The notes: generated by a model from the letters alone, not told the origin. A stretch of 63,999 bases of DNA, filler included, from Gonapodya sp. JEL0774 (GCA_027604505.1; 3 parts of 3 records of this genome joined end to end with filler, not necessarily neighbours in it); one strand, 5' to 3'. Shown: positions 40,062 to 53,452, counted from the whole stretch's first letter. Numbers and translations are program-made.

Positions 40062-41387
40062 ATGGAAACCCTCCCCGTGGAAACCCTTCACCGCATTTTC
40101 CGCTACCTTCCTCCGTGGATCTTCTACAGTGTCGTGCCGCGGCTGTCCCGACGGTTGGGCGAGTGTTCCTTGGATGCGATACCTGGATGCCCTGGAGGAT
40201 CAGTTGGAGTTGAGTGGGTCGTTAACATCATTGATATTGGCGCTCCCCGCCAAGAGGTTTTGTGCAAAGAAGAGTTTGCATCGTGGGAGGTGTCTCCAGG
40301 ACGGTGGACTGGGTGGACAGCAATCAGTGTTTTGCAAGAGGTCACGCTTGCTGATTTCGCCGCACTACAGCCTCCAGATCTACAACGTGGCGTCAGTGGT
40401 GGACCAACTTTCCTGGAGCGGTGTGCTGCGTTCTGTCCGGATCTGATTCCTGCTGGGCGGATCCAAGGAACCTTTCACGTTTCACATGCCATCTGGAGCG
40501 TTCTACCCTCCTCATTGTCAAATGCGGACAGCAATAAACATGTTGCGGCGTGGTTCCAAAAGTTTTTGACACTGGTTTGCAATTCTGGTGTCCCTCGTGT
40601 CAGTATAGGGGACGGGAAATTGTACTTTGTGGATGTGCCGGACACGATGCCGCTCCATTCTGGAGCAGAATGTGTCCAAGAGATCATAGCAGAGTCACGT
40701 GATTATCTCGGGAACTCGCTACTTGCGGCGCGTCTCCTTCACCTCTTTCCAAATGCACGCAGACTCGATGGGACCGTGTTCCGGCCACAATCTCTGGACC
40801 TGACTGATCCAAGCCACTTGGGCGCTCTGGTATCAAAAGAGCGGCGAGACATTGTTACCTCGATCTCGATGTGGCTGCCTAATAGGATACCGATGCCATG
40901 CTTTGCTGAATTACTCAACATTTACCCAAACATTGAAACCGTGGAAGCATTTATTTTGTTGGACAAACAAGTGCGGCACATGAGTTTCCGACACACGTCT
41001 GCGGGCGCTAGGGTACTTGCATTGAGTGTGTCTGTGTATGTTGGGGATCTGGAGGTGCTCATGTCTGAGGAGATGCATTCTATTTCAAACGCGCTGATTC
41101 ACCAGTTACCCCGTTTGCGCAAGCTTTCTATCGATGTTTTATTCCACACGCAAAGGAGCGTTCCCACTCCAAATTTGACCTCGTACATGAAACTCGGGAT
41201 ATTGATGGGCTCGTTCATCACGCTCCTCTCCCTTCGTCCTGGCTCCAAAATCCGTATTGGGGGAAACATCAGTACGAGTGCCCAGGTGGACTTGCTCTCG
41301 CGTTCGAGAGAGACGTGGCCGGCCCGTCTGCAGGATTGGAAGGGTGATCGAACTGTGATCATTCAGACTGGGAAAGTGGGGCACTGA
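40062..41387 (+). CDS. F-box family paralogue 5, intronless
   Basis: METLPVETLHRIFRYLPP; DAIPGCP; WPARLQDWKGDRTVIIQTGKV. Confidence 0.85.
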   Translation: METLPVETLHRIFRYLPPWIFYSVVPRLSRRLGECSLDAIPGCPGGSVGVEWVVNIIDIGAPRQEVLCKEEFASWEVSPGRWTGWTAISVLQEVTLADFAALQPPDLQRGVSGGPTFLERCAAFCPDLIPAGRIQGTFHVSHAIWSVLPSSLSNADSNKHVAAWFQKFLTLVCNSGVPRVSIGDGKLYFVDVPDTMPLHSGAECVQEIIAESRDYLGNSLLAARLLHLFPNARRLDGTVFRPQSLDLTDPSHLGALVSKERRDIVTSISMWLPNRIPMPCFAELLNIYPNIETVEAFILLDKQVRHMSFRHTSAGARVLALSVSVYVGDLEVLMSEEMHSISNALIHQLPRLRKLSIDVLFHTQRSVPTPNLTSYMKLGILMGSFITLLSLRPGSKIRIGGNISTSAQVDLLSRSRETWPARLQDWKGDRTVIIQTGKVGH

Positions 41388-42109
41388 CAATGAGTGACAT
41401 AACAGTCAGGCATACAAATCCCCACATATAGATGCTGAGCAACGGTATCGTTTGAGAAGTGTGTCTCAGTACATACTTCCTGAACCATTTTTGATAACGA
41501 CCAGGGTGTTTCGATGTGTTTTGTAACAGTGGGGAGTAACGTGTTCCTGTTCCTAGCAGATGATGTGCGAACTATGTACAAAGTAATTTCACATAAATGT
41601 GTTGTGACGGAGCCAGTCGCGCTGATCTGTCATCGGAACCGTCACTCGTGTCGATTGAACGGCCTGGTATATTATTCAGATGAAAACAAGTTAGACAATG
41701 AGCAAACAGATTGCAATCTTTGTTCCCCCATATACAATGATAATAGCAGGATTATGAATATGCAGCGGAACTCCCACAAGCTGATGACATCGAACAGTAG
41801 TGTGGCCTGGTAAACGCACTCTGCTCGGCAAAGCATGTATGTAATACGAATGTACATGAGAATATAAGAAGGGTATCTGGCCCTGAGTCCAGCTCACCTG
41901 CTCGGCAAAGTCTGCAAACGTGCGGAAGCCGGGCAGGTGTAGCGGTGCGGGTATACCCAATCTACCGGACCCCGGGATGCGAACGTCACACACCATTTGT
42001 GAATCTGCGCAGGCCTATCAACGGCCAAGCCAGCAATCCCGGTTGAGAAGTCCGGTGCTTCTTTAGTTGGTCACCAGCAAGTCAATAGAGTTGATGCTAT
42101 TGAGCGTGC

Positions 42110-43525
42110 ATGGAGGCTTGCGATCCCCCAGCAAAGCAAAGAAAAGCCTGGATGGATACGCTCCCCGTGGAGACCCTCCACCGCATCTTCCGCTTCCTGC
42201 CGCCTCGTACTTTCTACCTTGTAGTACGGCGACTCTCCCGACAGTTGCGGGAAGCATCGTTGAATGCAATACCTGGATGTCCTCGAGGAACAGTGGGAGT
42301 TGCCTTAACCATTCAAATTGTTGACACTCAGGCTCCAGACGCCTGTGGTGTGGTGTCCTTTGACGACGCTTTTACATCCTTGGAACGATCTGGAGGATTA
42401 GGGACAATGTGGACCGCCATCAGCGCACGGCAAGACGTTCGCGTAGAGATTTTCGCCGGACTGCGGCTTCGAGATACACGGCTTGGCGGCAATGGTGTAT
42501 CTCTGTTGCTTCCGGGGTGGGACTACCGCCCGTTCTCTCGGGACTTGAAGCCAGTTTGGCCAAATGGCCGGGTGACCATCCACGTTTCACAAGCCGTCTG
42601 GAGCGTCGGAGCCTCCTCTTCCTCGAATGCATATAATGGTACCAGTGCTACAGAAGCTTTTAAGGTGTTCCTTATGTTTGTCCGCAATTGGGGTGTCCGT
42701 CGTATCTGTATGCGGGGTTGGGGCGGGGTGCACGTGGACAGGGATGGGGTTGGTGGAGATCTACCGGACGCGACTCCGTCTCCGGTAGAAGCTGTGTGTG
42801 TCCAAGAGGTTGAAGGAAAGCCACGGGTCCCTCACAGGAACTCGCCGCGTACGGCCTTCCTCCTTCGCGTCTTTCCTTCCGCGCGCCGCCTCTCTGGGAT
42901 GGTGTTCCGGCCCCAACTCTTGGACCTGACCGATCCAAACCACTTGTGTAACGCAGTGTCCAGGGAGCGGCGAAGCATGGTATCCTTGGTTACTTTACAG
43001 GATCCTCCTACAATCTGGGTACGGGATCTCACTGAACTACTGGACATCTACCCGAACATTGAGGAGGTGGGATCACCGGTAGTATTGGACTCAAAAATGC
43101 GACATATAAGATTTCGATACGCGTCATCAGGTGCCATGGTGCTGAAATTGAACGTATCCTTAATGGACAGCATGGCCCTTCGCTCGCTCACAACGGAGGA
43201 TTTGCGCTCGTTCTCCAATACACTGATAAATCACATGCCCCGTCTAAAGGAACTCTCAATCAGTGTCGCCTTTTCCTCATTTACTGACACTCCTGGAGAT
43301 GTGGCCTCATGCACGAACCTTGGGACCTTGTTGGACTCGTTGATCCAGCTCCTCGCTCTCCGTTCCGAATGCAAAATCCTCCTTTCAGGAAATGGCGACT
43401 CGAAATATTTCAGATTCGAGACTTTTCTTCAGCGGCTGCTGCTGCAGACGTGGCCAATCACTCTACGGGATTGGACAGGAGAGGGTACCGTGACCATTCA
43501 AGGGGGGGAAGTAGTGCATGGATAA
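42110..43525 (+). CDS. F-box family paralogue 6, intronless
   Basis: MDTLPVETLHRIFRFLPP; NAIPGCP; WPITLRDWTGEGTVTIQGGEVV. Confidence 0.85.
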   Translation: MEACDPPAKQRKAWMDTLPVETLHRIFRFLPPRTFYLVVRRLSRQLREASLNAIPGCPRGTVGVALTIQIVDTQAPDACGVVSFDDAFTSLERSGGLGTMWTAISARQDVRVEIFAGLRLRDTRLGGNGVSLLLPGWDYRPFSRDLKPVWPNGRVTIHVSQAVWSVGASSSSNAYNGTSATEAFKVFLMFVRNWGVRRICMRGWGGVHVDRDGVGGDLPDATPSPVEAVCVQEVEGKPRVPHRNSPRTAFLLRVFPSARRLSGMVFRPQLLDLTDPNHLCNAVSRERRSMVSLVTLQDPPTIWVRDLTELLDIYPNIEEVGSPVVLDSKMRHIRFRYASSGAMVLKLNVSLMDSMALRSLTTEDLRSFSNTLINHMPRLKELSISVAFSSFTDTPGDVASCTNLGTLLDSLIQLLALRSECKILLSGNGDSKYFRFETFLQRLLLQTWPITLRDWTGEGTVTIQGGEVVHG

Positions 43526-44389
43526 TGAGAAGCGCGCGAGTTTTGGCCATGTCGCTTCCTGTAGACTGCGCAGCGGTATTGACAAGGCCAATCGTTCAAA
43601 CTCTGTTTCACGGAGGAATTGAGAGAGTAGTAACTAGTTGCAATCTACTGGCATAAAGTTGTCGTGGATAAAAAAGGAATTAGTCGAAGTTGTTGGTTCG
43701 TGGATTCGAACCCAGACCTAACAGTGCGAGATCCTGGTCAAGTGGGACCAGAAGATTTGACATCCCGAAAAATCTCATTTTCATATCTGAGTTTACATTT
43801 AGCTCCGCATTCAAATCGGAGTAGTGGGAGCGCAACAATTTAGTTGCAGACACGAAGAGTCATGTGGTCTTAGGACACTGGGGAATAGTGATGTCATATA
43901 AATGACTAGGCTTTGTACTGGGGGACATCGAATACCATACGAAGAAAGTGAAGAAAAACGTGACAAAAAGGACATAGGATAGAAGTACAAACATCTACAC
44001 CATATCTCTTTCACTCGGGAAACGTCCTGAGGGAGTCGCCACGAGCTACGCGTGCTTGTTGAAAGTGATTACGTGTTCTTTGCCTAAACTTCTTTTGCGC
44101 CTACAAATCGAACGCCCAGAAGGGCAAACAAGTGTATTCATCGTTGTGGTACTAGTTCTACGTCCTCATACGTAGTTCTAGGTTCTTCTGGCCTGCTCCA
44201 ACACTCTGGGTATCGTGTCACACAACATCACCCACCTCGAGAAATTCTTCTTCTACCCCCGACAAAAGTCTTTCCACGAACAAAATTTAATGTTTTTTGA
44301 ATTTGATCACGGACTATTTCGTGGTGTGGGTAATAGCTCCCTTAGTCGTGCCAAAGGTGGGACCCAACTCAACCAAAGAAAGTCCACTG

Positions 44390-45775
44390 ATGAAAACCCT
44401 CCCCGTAGAAGTTTTCCACCGTGTCTTCCGGTACCTGCCCCCGCAGACTTTCTACGGTGTCTTTCAGCGACTATCCCGACTGTTGCGCGATTATTCCAAA
44501 GACGCGATACCCGGGTGCCTGGGAGTGTAAGGTCGGAGTTGAGCGGACCATTCGAATCTTGGACTATGACGATTCTCATCAAGAAGTGACGATCGAAGGA
44601 GTGTTCGTATCGTGGGAGCTGTCTGGAAGTCGAGGAACTATGTGGACAGCGATCAGCGTGGTGTCGACACTACGCTGATCGCTGTCCACTTCGTTCGTCA
44701 CGCTCGCTGATTTTGCCGCGCTGGAGCCTCAAGATTTATAGCTTGGCGTCAGTAGCTGGCCGACCTTCTCAAAATGGCGGGGTCCGTCGTGTCTGGATTT
44801 CGTGAGTTTAGCTGATCGTGACAGGGTGATGTTCCACCTGTCGCAGGTTGTCTGGAGCATCACATCCTCTTCGAAGCCGTGGATGGACGCCAGGATCAAT
44901 GTAGCTGCAGCATTCCGGAAGTTTCTGGCGCTTATTTGTGTTTTGGGTGTCCGTCGTGTCCCTTTCCGTTGGTGGGACGGGGTGATAGACGACGAGGAGG
45001 GGGCCGAATACGGTGTGGAATCACCGGACACGATTCCAAACCATTTTGAAGCGCCATGTGTTGAGGAAATTGAAGCGAATTATGCAGGCTATCAAGGGGG
45101 TTCGGTATGTGCGGCACGACTGCTCAGTCTCTCTCCATCCTCGAGGGGATAATGCGCTGGCCCTATATCTTCTGCCGTACCGACCGTACCCATCCAAGCC
45201 ACTTGTATAACGCAGAATCGCGAGAGCGGCGAAACTTGGTGACCTCGGTCACGGAGTCTCGTGAATCGATGGGGATGGACCAACTCTATGAGCTACTCGA
45301 CATCTTCCCCGACATCGACGATGTGGGAATCAGGATACTCTTTAGCCTGAAAATGTGGCAGGTACATTCCGACAGGCATCTGCGGATGCCATGGTACGGA
45401 AACTTATGTTTTCTGTGGACATCTTCTGCCTCTGGTGCCACTCCACCGACAAACTGCGCTCGTTCTCACACAAGCTGATACACCAGATGCCCCACTTTCA
45501 AGATCTGTCAATTGATATCTCCTCTTCCTCCGCATTGACCAACTCGCTCTCGTGTTTGGATCTCCTACGCAAACCTTGGGACGTTGCTGGACTCTTTCAT
45601 CGAGCTCCTCACTTTCCGTGCCGACTACAAATTCCTCGTTTCACAAGATCTGCTCCGGATCGGTTTCAGAGCCGTGATTCTGCCTAGGATGGAGACATTG
45701 CCGGTTGCTCTGCGGAATTGAAACGGCGACAGTCCTGCCATCATTCAAGATGGACAAGTGGTGCATATGGACGAT
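44390..45775 (+). pseudogene. F-box family paralogue 7, frameshifted pseudogene
   Basis: MKTLPVEVFHRVFRYLPP..DAIPGCL then a stop; homology to paralogues 5/6 continues in shifting frames (HLSQVVWS, ELLDIFPDI, LIHQMPHF). Confidence 0.85.
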
Positions 45776-46479
45776 GTGGGACGCGTCATGTTCAGGAGTA
45801 CGTTGTCGCCACGTGTAGATTGTAAGCGATAGTGACTGTTCGAGGAGGTGCGTGTGGGCTGACAAGACTGATCAGCATATTACGAGTATGTTGCTGCAGG
45901 CACAAAAGTTGTGAAAACTGCAGGGCGCAACGTCCTCACACGAACAAAGTGCGCTTATATGCAAATACAATTGAGAATTAATTTGATCTTTTGAGAGTCG
46001 GGGTGTCCCTTCCACGTGCCAAAAGGGGTGTGGACGTTGCTGCGGTTGCGAAACCCTTTTGAGAAGGGAGGCAACAACACAACGAACCACCAACTCAGAA
46101 ACTTTCATCGAACGCGCGCGAGGAAGTTTACCACTTCAATACGAGAGGAAGGACAGATTTTATTCCGTTGGGACCTGCTACGTTGGCATACCCTGTGTCC
46201 CACGTCAGGGGGTGGAAGTTAAAAACTGCATCTCGCGCAACAGAAAGCGGAACACGGAGACGCAGAAGACGGACAAAGCAATCACATATAGACCGAGCTA
46301 AAGAGAAAGCATCAACATCGTTGGAGAGGGGAACACAAGGTGCGTGTGGTGGTGGCGTTTGCCGGTTCAAATCTGGGGAAGGTCTGAGAGACAAACAGCG
46401 TCTCTTGACGTTTCCAGCCGCTGAACAGACGCTGCAGACACAGACATACACATACAAACACAGTGTTCACAAGGCAGAC

Positions 46480-49110
46480 ATGACCACAGCCATGTCCTCG
46501 CCGTCGTCGTCGATTTCATCGCGCACGAGTTCTCCACCGACACCCCTGACCGCTGCGACCTCAGTCACTGCGCCACACTTCACGCATCTCTCCTCGCTCG
46601 CTCTCCACATGCCGACCGCAGCCCAGCGCATCTCGGCCTCTGCCTGGGATCTGCTACGGTCCTGGGGCGGTGCACGCACCACCTCTCCCCCCGCTCTCCC
46701 ACAGACTCCAACTCCGCAGTCGCCACCTCCTGCCACAATTGCTGCGGCACTTGCCAGCATGGAACCCTCGTCACCTAAACCCATTTTCGCCCACTCCACG
46801 AGCGCGTCAACTGTTGCTTCCGCCATTGCTGCTGCCTCGCCCATGGGTTCGTCTTTCTCCACTTCACCTTCACCTGCCGACTCACCGGCGTCGCCCGCGT
46901 CACCCGTTCTCGCTCTCAACCCGCCGTTGCCTTCGCTCACTCCGCCGTCTTCTGCCGAACCCGTCGCCTCTCCCTCAACTGGAACCATCTCTTCACCACT
47001 CGCACGACGGCAGAGCGCTGGCGTCCTTTTCCGTCGTCAAGCAACTCCCGAAGAACCCTCGTCGCCGCCTACTCCGCCCTTCACACCATCCCCTCGCGAG
47101 TCTACGTTCTTCCCTCTTGTGGAACTCGCTGACTCCCACACTGAGTCTGCACTTGCCTCCGCTTTGACCCCTTTGCAGTCTGACTCTGTCTCTGCGTCCA
47201 CGCTCACCGACTCTCGGGATTCTCACCACTCCTCTGTCACATCCTCGTCCACGACATGTCCCGACCCTGACGATTCATGTTCCTTGGACACGTCGGCGGC
47301 ACTCCCCAAAATATCCTCGGACACCACTCTGGTCGACGCTTGCGCCACGTCACCTTCCTTAAAATCTCCTCTGCCCCTATCATCTTCATCAGCACTCCAC
47401 GCTCCCGCTCCCACACCGGCTCCGGCACCCGCCTCCACCCACAAATCCCGCATCCCGGTCCCGACAGACCACAGATCTCCCAAACCCATCAAACCACCGT
47501 CCTCTAAAGCTGCTGTAAACCAACCTACCCGTCCAATTCCACCATCATGGGACGAATTTGACCGATCTCCGATCCCAACCAAATCCACAAAACCTTCCAA
47601 ACCCACGTCCACGTCCATGTCCAAATCCCCTGCATCCACGACCACCACGCTCCCCCGCCTCCCCCCACCCCCACCCCCGGCCTCCGCACCGCCTCTCCCC
47701 ATCGTCCTCCCCAGCCCCACCTCGCCCACCCCTACCCAACCCCCCCGTCCCGCCACCACTTCCCCGGCCCCCCCCTGGTCCTCCACCCACCTCGCCATGC
47801 ACCCTCTCCCCCCCTCCTTCACGTCTCAATATACCGTGCACTCGGATCTGGGCTCGGGTGGGTTCGGATTCGTGCTTGGAGCAACGAGGAGGAAGGATGG
47901 CAAGGAGTGTGCGGTGAAGTGTGTGCCAAGGAAGGGAGTCAAGAAGAGTGGGTGGAAGGAGGATGCAGGTGGAGAAATGGTACCGGTCGAGGTGTGGTGT
48001 TTGAAGGTAAGTTGTTGTGTGCGAGTTGCGAGTGGTCACGGTCATCAGGGGCCAACCGTCACTCCGAACGAAAAATACAGAACCTCCCCCCCCACCCCTC
48101 CATCATCACCTTTCTCGACTACTTTTCCGATCGTTACACCTGCATACTCGTCATGGAACGCCACGGCTCGGTCCACCGTAGTTCTCGACCTTCCCTCCCC
48201 AGTCCCTCACCGTCCCCCAGTACCCCCCAACCAACCCTCCCGGCCCACCCGCCAACGGACCTCTTTGAAGCAATCGAGCTCTATGGCCCGTTTTGCGAGC
48301 AGGAGGCTGGTGTTATTTTCGCGCAGCTGGTGGGCGCGGTGAAGCACCTGTGGGACGCGGGGTGGTTGCATAGAGATGTGAAGGATGAGAATGTGGTGGT
48401 AGATGTGTGGGAGGGGGGGTTGGAGTGTAGGCTGGTGAGTTGGTGGGATACCCGTCGTCATGGTTGGAACTCACTCCACCTACCACCCCACACCCGACAC
48501 TACACCCCAGATCGACTTCGGTTCCGCCACGCCCATCCCCACCCATGTATCCCCCGTCACGGGCGAGCTGATCCGCCAGGCGCAGTTTGAGCAATTCTAC
48601 GGCACCATGACGTACGCCAGTCCAGAGGTCCTGAGAGGGGAACGCTACGATGGGGAGAAGCAGGAGGTGTGGAGTTTGGGGATCGTGCTGTGTGAGTTGC
48701 GGGGCGGGGGGATTGGTGTGAGAGGTGCGCCCGGCGCAACACTGACATTACTACACTCTCATCCCCACCCAAACCCCACCCCAGACTGCCTCCTCTTCGG
48801 CGAAGCCCCTTTCTCCACACCCACCGCAGTCCTCTCCGCCCCCCTCCCCCTCGCCATCTCCCCCGCCGTCCTCTCCGCCGTCCGCTCTGCCCACCCCTCA
48901 ACCCTATCGCTCCGCCCAACGTCTCCTTTACTCCAGGATCCCGTGCCCAGGGTGAGCGTGGAGGTGGAGAAGCTGTTACGGGGCATGTTGGACAAGAGGG
49001 CCGAGAGGAGGTGGACGGTGGAGATGGTGGAGTGTAGCGAGTGGGTGAGGGAGGGTAGAAGGAGGTGGGAGGAGGGTAAGAGAGAGAGGGAGGGAACGCG
49101 GGGACTGTGA
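46480..49110 (+). CDS. Ser/Thr protein kinase (CAMK group, PAS-kinase/PIM-like catalytic domain) with long S/P-rich N-terminus, multi-exon
   Basis: LGSGGFG, AVK, VPVE, DLFEAIE, HRDVKDENV, IDFGSA, FYGTMTYASPE, EVWSLG. Confidence 0.9.
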
Positions 49111-49767
49111 GCAAGGCTTAGAAGGGATGGGAAGGGATGCGGACGGTAATGGATTCGACGAGATGTGGATGTTGCGGGGCTGGAAGGGGATCGTAGAGGA
49201 AGGTGCCGCGTGTGACTTATGCAAGATCGTATGGAATACCCGGATGAACGTGTGACGTTGGACGTGGGAGTGTGCTCGCTGCGGATTCTATACCAACAGG
49301 CCGGGTTAAGTCCTTTGAGACGGCGACACAACCACGTCTCGAGACCGCAAGCATTTCAAAGAACCCAACGAGTTGTTTGACCGTCTCGCTCGTGCGGGAT
49401 TTGCGGAGTGGAATTCATGACTATCTTTGCCATCTCGTACTCATTTACAGTTCTATTACAGTACATACTCGAGCGAGAAGGGCGAACCCCACAGAAATAT
49501 GTAATCAAAAAGTATGTAGCTACCATGTTTGTTCGTGTGAAAAAGTTAAAGTATGGTTGTCTGGTTAGTTTCTAATCAAGAAGAGCGGGGGAAGTGATAC
49601 TCAGGACCTTAGTACATCCGCGCCGAGCAGATGGGAGGGCAGTACATATAATGTTCTTTAGCTTTGCTAAAGCAAGGTCGATGACATTCCAAACATGGAA
49701 TGCAAAAATGGCATGATTGCTTTCAAATAAGTTGTCAGGTAGTTCACTAGGGATATCGCTCTCATCT

Positions 49768-49867
49768 NNNNNNNNNNNNNNNNNNNNNNNNNNNNNNNNN
49801 NNNNNNNNNNNTTAATTAATTAANNNNNNNNNNNNNNNNNNNNNNNNNNNNNNNNNNNNNNNNNNNN
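49768..49867. other. Assembly gap with TTAATTAATTAA linker
   Basis: N-runs flanking the linker. Confidence 0.97.
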
Positions 49868-50778
49868 GACGCGATGACCGTTGAGTTTCAATTCGCGACG
49901 AAGGGAGTCAGAGATGGCCTCGAGAGCAAACTTTCTAGTATCATGAAGGTGGGGGTGACGCAACGGTGATCAGCACTGCTCCGCGGAAGTGCAAACACCA
50001 GGTTCGGGAACCGATCAAAGACATACGATCCACAGTATGCACTCATTCCAGGAGGTGCAATCCGTCCAGCGACAGAGGTAATCATGACGATTCGTGACGG
50101 CGGAAGATTGGGGTTCTTCTTGCTGTACTTCCGAAGTGAGGGGAGGAGCCAGCGAGTCATTCTGCCATCCACCAAACACAACACCGTGTTAAATCTCTTA
50201 TCTGCGTGTTTGGCGGGCCATTTTTGACGCTTCCAACTCACCGAACTGCTTCAAACGTGTTCACCTGGAATACTCTCTCGTATGCCTCCATGGTGCAATT
50301 CTCAAGAAAGCCACCCTCTCCAATTCCAGCCTACAATCAATAAAAGATGGAACCAAGCTTGGAGTACGTACTTCGGTGAAGCAGGAGCAACACAAAACCC
50401 GACTCAATTGCCTACATTGTTCACTAAAGCATAGAGCCCACCATCTTCTTTGGAGACTAATTCCCAACACCGCTTGGCATCTTCATCCTTTGTGATATCT
50501 AGACGGAAGGCCACCAGGCTCTTTTCATCGATTCCTCGTTGCTTGGCTGTTGTGTTGAGTGTCTCGATGCCTTTATCAGTCAGGCAACCTGCATACACGC
50601 GGAATCCGTCACGAGCGAGGTCCAAAGCAGTAAGAAACCCGAAACCGGAATCGCATCCCTGCAAAGATATTGCTTTTATCTCATGATGGCACTGAAATGT
50701 CTGAGGGACACGGCTACCCACCGTTACCACGACTGCGGAGCCTGGAGGAGCAGATGGTGAGCTTGTAAAGTTACCCAT
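49868..50778 (-). CDS. Short-chain dehydrogenase/reductase (RDH/17bHSD-like), 3' end lost in gap
   Basis: VVVT/GCDSGFG, RVYAGCL, LDIT, LYALVNN, RIVMITSVAG, AYCGS/K (YxxxK across an intron). Confidence 0.88.
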
Positions 50779-51194
50779 ATCAAAGATAAAGTCGATGCCT
50801 GCGATTGGCTCAGGATATCACTGTCACTTGCGGGAAGCGGGTTATGGGGCTTGGGTGGTCAACATGTCTAAGAGGCACATGTTCAGCCGTCGGCAGAACT
50901 TCATGTTACTCTTGTATGACAAGTCTGTAAGGTTTTGAGTTGGACAATTTACAGTGATCAGGAGGAGGCTACCAAGGCCGTCACCGCCGTCACCGACGTT
51001 CTTTCTTTCTTTCTGCCGCTCTTGCCATATCAATTCAATGCGGCCGCAGATGAGCGACTAATATTCATCCGACTCGGCAAAACTGATTTGAGCGCGTCCA
51101 AGTGATTCATTCACATACAAGACCGACACCGCGCTGCTCTCGACACAATAACAGCGCAATTTCGGTCGACATCTCTCAGCAAGCAATCACTCCA

Positions 51195-53091
51195 ATGCAG
51201 GTCGCGGCGGATCTGATAAGACTCTCGTTCTATGCGCTCTACCTCACTGGGGCGTACTACACCGTCGGTCCATCAAAGCCTGCACCTCGAAACTGGCCTC
51301 TCAACAGGTATCGTGAGTAGCTTGTATTCATTCAGTCTGGCATCCGCATTTTGGTTGTCCAAGTTGTGAGACTCGCCGACCAACAGCAAGCACTGAAGTC
51401 AAAGAATGACGAACATGTCTAGCGCGGAAGTCGAACTACTGAAAAAGAAAATTCGCTGCTAGACTGGGATGCAATTCGGACAGTTTCTTGGTTGCTTCCT
51501 CACGTTGTGCGACTTGCGTGTACGCTTACAAAACACCCTCCTCTCGCACAGTCACGGCCAACCTGGTCCGCTACCTCCTCACTCTCGGTCAAAATCGTGC
51601 CCCGACCTACATCCGCACGCTGCAAGACTCCCCCCAACGCAATGCCGTCATCGACAAAGCAACACCCGCCAACTTCGTCGTCACCAGCGCCAAGATCCCA
51701 CGTCTTGGAGCCTCTGGTGGCGTGGATATGACGGATCTGGACTGGTCCAAGGAAGAGAACGAGGAAGGTGGTGAGATTGGTGGCGAGTGGGTCAGACGCC
51801 AGGAAGACGTGGATCTTACTAACTGGACCAAGAAAAGAGTCGTATTGGTGGTGTGAGCTTCATCTCTTGTTCCGTTATTCTCGAGTTTTGCCTCATCCTT
51901 TGCATCAAATCAGACACGGCGGTGGTTTCACCGTGGGAAGCGGCAAGGGCAACCGGCTCATGTCCGTTGAGTTCGTCCAGAGACTTGATGCGGTGGTGCT
52001 GGGTGGGTCTGTCTTTTCACCTAACGCTCTCACATCGTTTCATCAGATCTGTCACACTTGTCTCATAGCGATCGACTACAGGTTATCCCCAGAATACGCA
52101 TTCCCCGCCGCCCTCCAAGACGTTATATCCAGTTACTTCCATCTCCTCAACGATCACCACATTCCCGCGGGCAACATCATTCTCGCCGGGGACTCGGCGG
52201 GCGCCAACCTCATTATGGGAGCGCTGTATTGGCTCCGTGACAAAAAGGCAGCCTTGATGCCGGCGTGCGCGACGCTCTTCAGCGCCCCGATGGATAGGGA
52301 GGGGAGCACAGGGACGCATTTTGTGAATTTAGCGACGGATACGCTGCCGTTTGGAAGGTGGGTTGAGCATAGGGCCCAGAAGACAGGTCAAGTCTGATCA
52401 TACCTTTCTCCACAGTTTCGTCAAAAGCTCCAAACCTGGTCACCGCATGTTTGCTTACTCCAAAGACACCATGCTCACTCATCCATACGTATCCCCCATG
52501 TCGTACACGCTCACGACCCCCGGCGCGGCCACCTTACCGCCGCTCCCACCTATCATGAACGTTGTGGGGGGCCTCGAACGGTACTGCGACGACGGCCTCG
52601 TGTTCGGGTTGAAGATGCGCAAGGAACTGGATGAGTTGAGAGCAAAGGGATTAATGTCAGAGGAGGATGTGGGGAAGTGGATATACACGTGTGACGTGTT
52701 TGAGGGAGAGGTGCGTCGAACTGTTTGGTATCACCATCGCCAGGTTTGGTACTCATCAGCAGTTGCCCCACTCCCCACTCCCCAGTTCCACGTATTCCAG
52801 CAATTCTTCCCCAAAGACCCCAAGAGCATCACCTCGTACGCGCGCATCGCTAACTTTGTCCTGTCCCAGACCGCACACTGCGGGGTCCCGTCGCACCACG
52901 CGGACCAAGTCACACAGCCGAAGCGAGGGGTATCGTTTTTCGTGATCGATCACCCGAACATCGTCGAGATGTCGGATGTTCGCGCGAGGCAACGCGTGAT
53001 GAAGAGTTTCGATGAGATGGCTGATATGGGTTTTGCATGGATTGGTGGGGGTGTGGGAAGTACGGCTAGGACGGTGGACAGAATTGGGTGA
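51195..53091 (+). CDS. Alpha/beta hydrolase, HSL/Abhydrolase_3 esterase, multi-exon
   Basis: HGGGF, IDYRLSPEYAFPAALQD, GDSAG nucleophile motif, HPYVSP, FHVFQ. Confidence 0.9.
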
Positions 53092-53279
53092 ATTTTTTAT
53101 TTCTGAACCAATGGGAGCAACTTTGAGGAATCAAAAGTTAATAAACGTATTGTACCTTCGCTTTGGTCTTTGACCGCGACGCTCCACTGCGGCACATCAT
53201 ATATACATCACCAATCCACAATTGGAACTGATCCGCCCACATGTGCGCTACAAACTCGCTGCGATCACTCGGATGCACG

Positions 53280-53424
53280 TCAATCGCCCACACCAATACT
53301 CTGGCTCCCGCCCGAGCTCGTGTACCACATTCTGTCCTACCTCATCACATTCCCTCCCAGATCCCCCACAGCCCTGCTCCAATCTCTCATTGCCTCCTCG
53401 ACGGACCTTCTTCACCCATCTTGA
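53280..53424 (+). pseudogene. Isolated F-box-like fragment
   Basis: PILWLPPELVYHILSYL followed soon by a stop and the end of GIY-YIG copy A. Confidence 0.4.
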
Positions 53425-53452
53425 GCACATCGGCTGCCCTAATCCTCCTTCC

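Noticed and set aside
43693..43766. tRNA-like GGTTCGAATCC (B-box) on the minus strand with a nearby hairpin
   Set aside because: No acceptor stem or D-arm could be folded, and no Sec-type anticodon; at most a remnant
46467..49331. Long antisense Gly/Glu-rich ORFs over the kinase gene (similarly over ALKBH1)
   Set aside because: Shadows of C-rich, Pro/Ser-coding sequence
49581..49616. Polypurine tract followed by TG...CA, like an LTR junction
   Set aside because: No partner LTR or retroelement ORF visible; adjacent gap prevents testing
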